Shown: positions 8,370 through 16,000 of the stretch, one piece after another
How positions within the stretch are numbered: position 1 is the first letter of the stretch
Layout of the letters: each line of letters starts with the position of its first letter
Source of the DNA: an uncultured Candidatus Saccharibacteria bacterium
Lineage (GTDB): Bacteria; Patescibacteriota; Minisyncoccia; Phycocordibacterales; PALSA-1337
Direction: 5' to 3'
DNA: 33,599 nt
NCBI GenBank assembly: GCA_964441635.1
Contig: CAYTUZ010000002.1
Span: forward strand, 1-33,599
Translations under genes and position numbers: made by a program
The notes under the pieces: generated by a model
Seen by the model: the letters and a program-made list of their open reading frames with translations, nothing else
What the model was told of the DNA's origin: nothing
Databases searched by the model: none

Positions 8370-9572
8370 ATGGAACCCCTCGCCTCTAAAATCCGCCCGC
8401 AGTCACTTGCCGAATTCGTCGGGCAAGAGCATTTGGTGGGCGAGGACAACCCCTCGACAGGTCTCGGGGCAGGACCTCTCCGTAAAGCCATAGAAGACAA
8501 GCACCTTTTCTCCTTCATTCTCTGGGGTCCGCCGGGAACTGGCAAGACTACGATTGCGAGAATTTATGGGAAGGCTGTGAATGCTCGCATATATGAATTG
8601 TCAGCGGTATCGGCTGGCAAGGATGATATCAGGAAGATCTTGGAAGACCCTGATACATTGCTGGATATACAGGCCGCCTCCGCCAAAGGCTACGGCGAGC
8701 CGAAGCCCAAGGTTTTATTCTTGGACGAAATTCATAGGTTCAACAAAGCGCAACAAGATTTTCTCTTGCCTTATGTTGAGAGTGGCAAGCTCACTCTTAT
8801 TGGCGCAACGACGGAGAATCCCAGCTTTGAAGTCATTCCTGCTCTGCTTTCACGCTGTAGGATATTTGTCTTGAATCCTTTGAGCGAAGACGAACTTAGG
8901 ACTATTGTGAAGCGAACCAAGGTGAAAGTACCCAAAGATGCGATTGACTGGCTGGTAGGATTGGCGAATGGCGATGCGCGCATAGCGATAACCGCTATTG
9001 AGAATTGCAAAAAGCTTTATGGCGGCATCAATCTGGAAAATCTCAAGAATACCTTCGAGCATGCATTTATCCGTTTCGACAAAAAAGGCGAGGAACACTA
9101 TGACACCATTTCGGCATTTATAAAAAGTATGCGTGCCGGTGATGCCGATGCTGCACTCTACTATTTGGCCAGAATGATTGCTGGCGGCGAAGATCCCAAA
9201 TTTATAGCCAGAAGAATGGTAGTGTTCGCTTCCGAAGATATCGGCTTGGCGCAGCCCACTGCACTGGTCGTCGCTAATGAAGTTTTTCGCGCGGTCGAAA
9301 CTATCGGCCTGCCAGAAGCGCAGATCAATTTGGCTCATGGTACTGCATATCTGGCACTGGCTGCAAAAGATCGCAGCGCATACGATGCCTATTTCGAAGC
9401 ATTGGAAGATGTGAGAAGTACGGGGAATTTGCCTGTACCACTCAAAATCAGGAATGCACCTACGAAGCTTATGAAAGAATTGGGCTACCATAAAGGTTAT
9501 CAAAAATATGATAAAGAGAGTTATTTGCCGGAGAAACTCAAGGGCAAGAGGTATTTGAAACGGAAGAAATAG
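8370..9572 (+). CDS. rarA: Replication-associated recombination protein A (MgsA/RarA, AAA+ ATPase)
   Basis: LASKIRPQSLAEFVGQEHL, Walker A GPPGTGKTT, Walker B LFLDEIHRFNK, TLIGATTENPSF, and C-terminal MgsA domain motifs (HYDTISAFIKSMRAGDADAALYYLARM, EDIGLA). Confidence 0.9.
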   Translation: MEPLASKIRPQSLAEFVGQEHLVGEDNPSTGLGAGPLRKAIEDKHLFSFILWGPPGTGKTTIARIYGKAVNARIYELSAVSAGKDDIRKILEDPDTLLDIQAASAKGYGEPKPKVLFLDEIHRFNKAQQDFLLPYVESGKLTLIGATTENPSFEVIPALLSRCRIFVLNPLSEDELRTIVKRTKVKVPKDAIDWLVGLANGDARIAITAIENCKKLYGGINLENLKNTFEHAFIRFDKKGEEHYDTISAFIKSMRAGDADAALYYLARMIAGGEDPKFIARRMVVFASEDIGLAQPTALVVANEVFRAVETIGLPEAQINLAHGTAYLALAAKDRSAYDAYFEALEDVRSTGNLPVPLKIRNAPTKLMKELGYHKGYQKYDKESYLPEKLKGKRYLKRKK

Positions 9573-9605
9573 GGTGTAAGATAATCATGGAAGGAGAATC
9601 CTCTT

Positions 9606-9890
9606 ATGCGCTTAAAGGTCCTGCTCGAACATATCGACTGTTGGCTCTGTGTTCACTTGAAGCCGTGGCGGTTGAGATTGTGGTGGCACTGCTTGTGGAT
9701 CCGCAGTGACGAATTCCACCCCTCCCTCGACCACCAGACTTCTATTGTTCATGCCATTAAGAAAAGCCACAATCTGAAATGGTTTGAAGAATGCAGTGCA
9801 GCCGAAGAATACGATAAAGACTTAAATAGACGTCGCTGCCTTGCTCATGAGCGGTCGCTGCGAGAATCAGATGCGATGTTGGCTCGCTAG
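9606..9890 (+). CDS. Doubtful hypothetical ORF (Trp/Cys/His-rich, 94 aa)
   Basis: Preceded by GGAAGGAG 9 nt upstream, the only strong SD in the window. However, the composition is unprotein-like and the N-terminal half coincides with a GC-rich imperfect hairpin at 9665-9737. Confidence 0.25.
   Translation: MRLKVLLEHIDCWLCVHLKPWRLRLWWHCLWIRSDEFHPSLDHQTSIVHAIKKSHNLKWFEECSAAEEYDKDLNRRRCLAHERSLRESDAMLAR
9665..9737. repeat. Imperfect GC-rich hairpin element
   Basis: GGTGG-CACTGC-(10 nt loop)-GCAGTG-ACGAATT-CCACC, extended by a G-rich left arm (GTGGCGGTTGAGATTG) against a C-rich right arm (CCTCCCTCGACCACCAG). Confidence 0.3.
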
Positions 9891-9997
9891 ATCCGTGTTT
9901 CCATGAAAGCGTGTCGTTTGCCGCGGCACGCTTATTTAATGAGAGCCACTCATTTTTTAGTTTGGAAATCCCTCATTTTCTGCTACACTTCATAGTT

Positions 9998-11023
9998 ATG
10001 AAGATACTGATAGCATCAGGCATTTACCCGCCCGACATAGGCGGTCCGGCGCAATACGCGCGCAATCTTTATGAGACCTGGAAAAAGGCCGGTTACGATG
10101 TGAAAGTTGCGGCATATAGGTGGGAGCGCGCTCTGCCACCGGGTTTTCGGCATATCCTTTACTTCTTGAAAATCATCCGCAAAGGCTGGAATGCTGACCT
10201 CATCTTGGTTCTCGACACTTGGTCTGCCGCTGTGCCAACCATGTACGCTTGTCGGCTGATGGGCAAGAAATATGTCTTGCGCACCGGCGGCGACTTCTTG
10301 TGGGAATCGTACGTCGAAAGAACTGGCGACATGGTCTTGTTCAAAGATTTTTACCAAGCTCGCACAAATCTATTAAATCGCAAAGAAAAACTCGTTTTCA
10401 AACTCGGCCGAAGAGTACTACGTCACGCCAAGGTTTTAATCTTCAGCACGGATTGGCAGAGAAAAATATTTGAGAAAGCCTATAAGCTCGATCCCAAACA
10501 AAGTGTCATTATCGAAAACTTTTGCGGAGCTCGAGCCGAAGCTATCGAACCAGAAAATCGCACATTTATTGGTGGTACGCGAATCCTAAAATGGAAAAAT
10601 ATCGATTTGCTCAAACATGCTTTTGATACAGCACAGATACAGGTAAAAGCAAAAGGTTTGCCGGAAATAGAACTTGATCTCGGAAAAGCTGTCTATGACA
10701 GTTTCTTTGAGAAAATTCATAATGCATATGCTGTCATCTTGGTTTCGCTAGGCGACATTAGTCCAAACATGATCTTTGACGCTATTCGCGCTGGCACGCC
10801 GTTCATAGTCACAAAAGAAACTGGTATTGCCGATAGGATCAAAGATTGCGCCATTTTTGTCGATCCACAGAATGAAAAAGAAATCGTCGAGAAGATTGTC
10901 TGGCTATCTGATCCGAAGAATCGCGCCACGCAAGCCGAAAAAGTCAGGAATTTCAAATTTACCCATACTTGGGAGGATATTGGGAAAGAGATTGTCGAAG
11001 TCTCGAAAAAGAAAAGCAAATAG
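9998..11023 (+). CDS. Glycosyltransferase, GT4-like (GT-B fold)
   Basis: MKILIASGIYPPDIGGPAQYARNL N-terminus is typical of the WbuB-like GT4 N-domain. The track start at 9911 adds an implausible leader; ATG 9998 is preferred. Confidence 0.75.
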   Translation: MKILIASGIYPPDIGGPAQYARNLYETWKKAGYDVKVAAYRWERALPPGFRHILYFLKIIRKGWNADLILVLDTWSAAVPTMYACRLMGKKYVLRTGGDFLWESYVERTGDMVLFKDFYQARTNLLNRKEKLVFKLGRRVLRHAKVLIFSTDWQRKIFEKAYKLDPKQSVIIENFCGARAEAIEPENRTFIGGTRILKWKNIDLLKHAFDTAQIQVKAKGLPEIELDLGKAVYDSFFEKIHNAYAVILVSLGDISPNMIFDAIRAGTPFIVTKETGIADRIKDCAIFVDPQNEKEIVEKIVWLSDPKNRATQAEKVRNFKFTHTWEDIGKEIVEVSKKKSK

Positions 11024-11024
11024 C

Positions 11025-12038
11025 ATGGCCAAGAATTTGCTCATGATATCTATAGATCGCAAAATCTTCGAAGCAGGAAGCAACGTGCGCGCGCGCCAGA
11101 TCGAATATGCCAAAAGTTGGGATGAGGTTCACATTATCGTTGCAACTGATAGAAGTTATAAAGAGGTACACATTGCGCCCAATATCTGGGTTTATCCTAC
11201 ACGGTCATTGTTCAAGGTACTGTATCCTTTTGATGCTATTCGCCTCGGCAAATTCATCGCCAAAAGAAAAAATATTCAGCAAATTACTTGCCAAGATCCA
11301 TTCCTCACTGCAATGGCTGGCGTGACTTTGAAAAAGGAATTAAAAATTCCATTAGAAATTCAAATTCACACTGACATTGGCAGTCCAAATTATACTTATA
11401 CGCTTCTAAATAAAGTCAGAAAATATCTGGCACTTTCATACCTGCCAAGAGCTGACCACATTCGAGTTGTATCTCAAAGGGTGAAGGATTATTTGATGAC
11501 TGTCATTCCCGCGAAGGCGGGAATCCAGGATTTCATTACCGTACGTCCTATTGCTGTTGATACCGAATGGATAGTGAATACACCTATTATGATTGATTTG
11601 CACCATAAATATCCGCAGTTTGAAAAAATCGTGCTCATGGCTTCACGGCTGGAAAAAGAGAAAAATATCGAGCTGGCAATAAATTCATGGCCAAAAATAC
11701 TGGAAAAAATTCCAAAAGCAGGGCTTATTATTGTCGGTGCAGGATCAGAGGAAGCATCGCTTCGTAAACAAATCGCGAGGTGCGACCTCGAGAAGTCAGT
11801 CATAATCGAACCTTGGGCTCCAAAACAAATCCTCGCTTCTTATTACAAAACCGCGGATGCATTCTTGAACACTTCATTATTCGAAGGTTACGGTATGGCC
11901 TTGGTAGAAGCCAAAGCAGCGGGATGTCTCGTCATTTCAACCGACGTAGGCATTGCCAATGAAGTTGGCGCGACGATTATTAATTTTGATGAGAGTGATG
12001 TGGCGGAGAAGATTATTAAAATACTAAAAAGTGTCTAA
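11025..12038 (+). CDS. Glycosyltransferase family 4
   Basis: C-terminal FEGYGMALVEAKAAGCLVISTDVGIANEV motif. ATG 11025 lies 1 nt after the upstream stop. The track start at 10827 overlaps the previous gene. Confidence 0.8.
   Translation: MAKNLLMISIDRKIFEAGSNVRARQIEYAKSWDEVHIIVATDRSYKEVHIAPNIWVYPTRSLFKVLYPFDAIRLGKFIAKRKNIQQITCQDPFLTAMAGVTLKKELKIPLEIQIHTDIGSPNYTYTLLNKVRKYLALSYLPRADHIRVVSQRVKDYLMTVIPAKAGIQDFITVRPIAVDTEWIVNTPIMIDLHHKYPQFEKIVLMASRLEKEKNIELAINSWPKILEKIPKAGLIIVGAGSEEASLRKQIARCDLEKSVIIEPWAPKQILASYYKTADAFLNTSLFEGYGMALVEAKAAGCLVISTDVGIANEVGATIINFDESDVAEKIIKILKSV
11505..11524. repeat. GC-rich hairpin ATTCCCGC-GAAG-GCGGGAAT inside the CDS (encodes VIPAKAGIQ)
   Basis: Perfect 8-bp stem with a 4-nt loop, read directly. 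The host frame stays open. Confidence 0.6.
11776..11790. repeat. Short palindrome CGAGGT-GCG-ACCTCG (possible member of the GAGGT/ACCTC palindrome family)
   Basis: Shares the CGAGGT...ACCTCG arms with 21511-21546 and 24476-24490. A stem this short could be chance on its own. Confidence 0.3.
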
Positions 12039-12055
12039 TTGCAGATGTCCGACAT

Positions 12056-12544
12056 ATGATTAACTGGACCAAAAACAAATATAAGGAATTGGATCAGAAA
12101 TACGCTACACACATGAAGGTTGTGCGTTATATGATTTCTGGTAGCACGGCGGCAGCTGTAGATTTGATTGTTCTATATATTCTCACGGGCGTCTTCGGAA
12201 TGTGGTATGTGATATCAACGCCAATCGCCTTCATCGTTGCTTTTGGCGTGAGTTTTTCGATGCAAAAATACTGGACTTTCAGGGACCATTCGACCGATGA
12301 CGTTGCCAAGCAGGGTACATTATATTTTGTTATTAGCGCGATAAATATGGCAATCAACTCCTTTCTAGTGTTCATTTTCACTGAATTTACACGAGCTCAC
12401 TTTAGTAATCTTCCAACTCTGGTCGAGAAACATGACTATCTTATTTCGCAGATTGTCGCGGCACTTTTGATTGCCATCGCAAGTTTCTTTGTTTATCAGA
12501 AGTTTGTCTTCAATCGTAAGCCGCAAATAGCACCAAAAGCATGA
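12056..12544 (+). CDS. GtrA-family membrane protein (polyprenyl-phosphate-sugar translocation family)
   Basis: VVRYMISGSTAAAVDLIVLYILTGVFGMWYVISTPIAFIVAFGVSFSMQKYWTFRD matches the GtrA-like signature. Four TM helices. Confidence 0.8.
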   Translation: MINWTKNKYKELDQKYATHMKVVRYMISGSTAAAVDLIVLYILTGVFGMWYVISTPIAFIVAFGVSFSMQKYWTFRDHSTDDVAKQGTLYFVISAINMAINSFLVFIFTEFTRAHFSNLPTLVEKHDYLISQIVAALLIAIASFFVYQKFVFNRKPQIAPKA

Positions 12545-13776
12545 AATTATTAGTTGTTACACAAGCAGTAGATGAGGACAATTCCGTATTGGCTTTTTTC
12601 CATGAATGGATCAAGGAATTTGCCAAGAATTGCGAACAGGTCACGGTTATTTGTCTCCAAAAAGGAAGGTATGAATTACCAAGCAATGTTAAAGTCGTGT
12701 CGCTTGGCAAGGGACGTGACTTTCTCGACCACGGAAAATTTCCTGCAGGAAATTTTCCTAGTCCTCGGAAATTTTCTGGTGAAAATTTCCTGCGTATGGT
12801 CTCGAAAATCACGTCCTTTGCCAAGCTCTGTTATGTAATCAATTTCTACAGATTTATTTTTCGTGAGCGAAAAAACTACGATGCGGTTTTTGTACACATG
12901 AATCCGATTTATGTGGTCCTAGGAGGCATCCTGTGGAAAAGCTGGGGAAAACCTGTGGGTATGTGGTATACGCATCGGAATGTTGACTTGAAGTTGAAGG
13001 TTGCCGAAAAACTGTCAAACGCCGTATTTACGGCCTCAAAAGAGAGTTTTTCACTACCAAGTAAGAAGGTAGTTATTGTGGGTCATGGCATTGATGTCGC
13101 TCGATTTGCAAATGTTAAAAGAGCCAAAGAATTGGGCATAGAACCGATCCGAATAATTTCTGTTGGCCGAATTACAGCTATAAAGAATTGCGATGTTTTG
13201 GTTGAGGCAGCTAGAATTCTGAAGGATAAGTGGCAGAAACAATTTGAAGTTTTCCTGATCGGTGCAGCTGTCACAACCGAAGACCAGTCGTATGAGCATA
13301 AGATCAAGAATCTGATTGACGCTTATGATTTGGAGAATATTGTGAAGTTGACTGGTAATATTTCGGCCGAAGAAATGCCTTTGCATTATTCGATGGCGGA
13401 CGCTTCGGTAAATTTGACCCCGACTGGCGGAGTTGATAAAGCGGTTTTGGAATCGATGGCTGCGGGTGTGCCGGTATTTTCGTCAAATAAGACTTTTACA
13501 GATTATTTTGGTTCGTACGCTGAAGATCTTATTTTCCAAGAAAAAAATGCGGTAGATTTGGCAGACAAAATCATGAAATTATTCTCGGGCAATCAGCTGG
13601 CAGAGCTTAGCGAATCTGAAAAGAAAACCGCGCGCGAACGAGCGGACGTTTCAGCTTTAATCTTGATGGTCGTGACGCAGATGTCCCTACTTCGCTCCTC
13701 GCAGACTCCTTCTTCGCCAAGGCTTCGAAGGACAAGTCGGAGCTACGCAGGGCAAGCTGACGTTGTTAAAAAGTAA
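12541..13776 (+). CDS. Glycosyltransferase family 4 carrying an in-frame palindromic insert and a repeat-derived C-terminal tail
   Basis: MKLLVVTQAVDEDNSVLAFFHEWIKEFA N-terminus and GGVDKAVLESMAAGVPVFSS C-domain. ATGA overlap with the GtrA gene. Confidence 0.8.
   Translation: MKLLVVTQAVDEDNSVLAFFHEWIKEFAKNCEQVTVICLQKGRYELPSNVKVVSLGKGRDFLDHGKFPAGNFPSPRKFSGENFLRMVSKITSFAKLCYVINFYRFIFRERKNYDAVFVHMNPIYVVLGGILWKSWGKPVGMWYTHRNVDLKLKVAEKLSNAVFTASKESFSLPSKKVVIVGHGIDVARFANVKRAKELGIEPIRIISVGRITAIKNCDVLVEAARILKDKWQKQFEVFLIGAAVTTEDQSYEHKIKNLIDAYDLENIVKLTGNISAEEMPLHYSMADASVNLTPTGGVDKAVLESMAAGVPVFSSNKTFTDYFGSYAEDLIFQEKNAVDLADKIMKLFSGNQLAELSESEKKTARERADVSALILMVVTQMSLLRSSQTPSSPRLRRTSRSYAGQADVVKK
12702..12826. 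repeat. Compound palindromic element, copy 1 (MITE/RPE-like)
   Basis: Inverted outer arms plus two internal perfect hairpins at 12733-12758 and 12767-12790. The core is repeated at 19298-19396. Confidence 0.85.
13685..13752. repeat. Imperfect GC-rich hairpin forming the last ~25 codons of the GT4 gene
   Basis: Paired segments CCCT/AGGG, GCTCC/GGAGC, TCCTTC/GAAGGA and GCC/GGC, separated by near-symmetric internal loops. Encodes LLRSSQTPSSPRLRRTSRSYAGQA. Confidence 0.45.
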
Positions 13777-13777
13777 G

Positions 13778-14926
13778 ATGAAATTATCTCATACAAAGAT
13801 TTGTTTTTTTGGTTGTGATTTCCCACCAACCAGCGGAGGTATTGCGACATATAGCTATGAATGGATTTTAACAACCGCGGAAAATCTGGAAGTTGCTTCG
13901 GTTCGCGCTGTCATCTTTGGTAACAAAAACCCTAGGCGAGAGCAGATTGGCAAACTGGGTCTGATCACATTCAAGTCACGAGGCTTTGTTGTTACCGGCA
14001 TTTTGACGCTCATATACATTTTGAAAAATTTTAATTCTGACCTTTTCCATTCTCTGAATCTTTTTCCGGTCGGTTTTTGGGTCGTTTTTTGGTCAAAAAT
14101 TCTAAAGAGGAAAAGTGCTGTAACTTTTTATGGCACCGATGCTTGCTCATCGCAGGCGAGCATACTTACTTTAAAACTAAAAAAATGGACGATAGAGAAT
14201 GCTTCTCGCGCTTTTACAATTAGCGAATTTACAAAAAGAGAGACCTTGCAAATACTCAAAATTCAGAGGGAAATCGAAGTTGTTTATGCTTTAGTTCCAG
14301 AGAAAACGATAAAAGAACAGCAAAAAAATTCACATTTATTAGCAAATCATTCAGACTCAGAGAGAATCGATGAACGTATTCATGATGAAGATTTTATCGT
14401 TTTGAGCGTTTGCAGAATGGTGAAGAGGAAAGGCCTTGATTTACTATTAAAAGCGATTTCATTACTTGGTGATGACAAAATCAAGGCGGTTTTGGTTGGC
14501 GATGGTCCAGAAAGAAAAGTGCTTGAAGATATGGCAAGCGAGCTTAAAATTCAAGACAGGGTAATTTTCGTTGGTAAAGTAAATAGTCTGGAACCTTATT
14601 ACAAAAGAGCGAATGTCGCTGTACTGCTTTCCAATTATTTGAGAGCTGAAGGAGATTTTGAAGGTTTGGGTTTGGTTTTGATCGAAGCACAATATTACGG
14701 CGTGCCGGTTATCGGTTCGGAGAGTGGCGGCATTCCCGAAGCATTTGAAAATGGCAGAACCGGCCTGCTTGTTCCGGAAAGTAATAGCGAAGCGATCCGC
14801 GACGCAATTCTCGAAATATATAATAATAAGGATCTTCGAAACAAAATGAGCCAAGAGTCGAAGAAGTTTATTTATGAGAAGTTTGATCCCAAAATGATTA
14901 TTGATAATTATATCAAAAGCATTTAA
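13778..14926 (+). CDS. Glycosyltransferase family 4
   Basis: GLGLVLIEAQYYGVPVIGSESGGIPEAFENGRTGLLV signature. ATG 13778 is 1 nt after the upstream stop. Confidence 0.85.
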   Translation: MKLSHTKICFFGCDFPPTSGGIATYSYEWILTTAENLEVASVRAVIFGNKNPRREQIGKLGLITFKSRGFVVTGILTLIYILKNFNSDLFHSLNLFPVGFWVVFWSKILKRKSAVTFYGTDACSSQASILTLKLKKWTIENASRAFTISEFTKRETLQILKIQREIEVVYALVPEKTIKEQQKNSHLLANHSDSERIDERIHDEDFIVLSVCRMVKRKGLDLLLKAISLLGDDKIKAVLVGDGPERKVLEDMASELKIQDRVIFVGKVNSLEPYYKRANVAVLLSNYLRAEGDFEGLGLVLIEAQYYGVPVIGSESGGIPEAFENGRTGLLVPESNSEAIRDAILEIYNNKDLRNKMSQESKKFIYEKFDPKMIIDNYIKSI

Positions 14927-14955
14927 GGACAATTTAGGATTATTTACGAATTCTC

Positions 14956-15963
14956 ATGAAAATAGCATTTATACCTCCAATTAACAAAAGCGATTATCTG
15001 GCCAATACGGTTATTGATGGCATTTTGTGGCAAAAAAAGGAAGGTTCAGATTTTGAATTCAAGATTCCGGATTATTTGTATCCTTGTCCGTATGATTTGA
15101 AACTTTATAAATTGGCAGAAAATGAATTTGCAGACTTCGCGCAATCAGCAGATTTGGTCGTTCTCGCTTGGGGCAAAAACGCGACCAACTATGATTTGGC
15201 AGGAAAAATCAATAAGTGGAACAAAACAATTTTCATCGATGGCAGTGAACTCGGCAAAAATAATCGTTTTGACGCCAATATTGCAAATGCCGTAAAAGAT
15301 TTAAGCTATAAAGGTATTGGCGCGATCGATCAGGAAATGCTTTCGAAATGCTCACTTTATTTTCGCCGTGAACAGCCTTACATTCAAGGTATTTTGCCAC
15401 TGCCTTTTGGCATTGAATCGAGATATGTTGCACATTTTAATTCGAGAGTAAAAAAAGATATAGATTTTGCTTGCGTGTTTGGCCAAGAAGACTATCCGAT
15501 CTTGCGAAAAGAAGCGCGGGAATATTTGGAACTATTTTGCAAGAAGAATGGCTTTTCCTGCTTCACCAAGCGAACCAAGGGATTTAACTTTGATGATAAC
15601 AATAAATTGGCAGGACGTGATCAGTTCTACGATGTTTTGGCACGCTCCAAGGTTGGTATTTCCATCGGTGGTGGCGGCTTCGACACTGCACGATTCTGGG
15701 AAACACTTGGCAACAATTGTATTTTGCTAACGGAAAAGATCGGCATTTATGAAGCTCCTAGTAAAGCATTGGATTATAAGAGAATTTGGCAGTTCAAGGA
15801 TATCGAGGAATTCAAGGTACAGCTTGCCAAACTCGCTTCTTATCTCCAAAACGAATACAATCAAGAAGCGATGAAAGAGGAATATGAAAAGATTTTGGCG
15901 GAACATTCCACCAAAGCGCGGGTACATACGATCTTGGATGAAGTGAAAAAAAGGGAATTGTGA
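14956..15963 (+). CDS. Putative glycosyltransferase (CgeB/exostosin-like C-terminal motif), otherwise hypothetical
   Basis: GISIGGGGFDTARFWETLGNNCILLTE resembles the S-R-(F/L)-x-E-x-L-x-x-G motif of exostosin/CgeB-type enzymes. No other recognisable motifs. Confidence 0.45.
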   Translation: MKIAFIPPINKSDYLANTVIDGILWQKKEGSDFEFKIPDYLYPCPYDLKLYKLAENEFADFAQSADLVVLAWGKNATNYDLAGKINKWNKTIFIDGSELGKNNRFDANIANAVKDLSYKGIGAIDQEMLSKCSLYFRREQPYIQGILPLPFGIESRYVAHFNSRVKKDIDFACVFGQEDYPILRKEAREYLELFCKKNGFSCFTKRTKGFNFDDNNKLAGRDQFYDVLARSKVGISIGGGGFDTARFWETLGNNCILLTEKIGIYEAPSKALDYKRIWQFKDIEEFKVQLAKLASYLQNEYNQEAMKEEYEKILAEHSTKARVHTILDEVKKREL

Positions 15964-16000
15964 ATTGACCTAATTACCTAATTTCTAATTGACCTAAAAA

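Noticed and set aside
8431-8490. GC-rich stretch in rarA (encoding EDNPSTGLGAGPL) as another inserted palindromic element, flagged by overlapping ORFs 8293..8493(+) and 8351..8545(-)
   Set aside because: Only 5-bp local stems (CGAGG/CCTCG, AGGTC/GACCT) can be drawn, which is not distinguishable from chance. It would need an ortholog alignment.
9911-9997. Long N-terminal extensions proposed by the ORF track (9911, 10827, 13763, 20708, 25469, 27742, also 939, 1660, 19825 and 22610)
   Set aside because: The extensions use TTG/GTG or run through the preceding gene. In each case an ATG sits 1-4 nt after, or overlaps, the upstream stop and begins the conserved N-terminus of the family.
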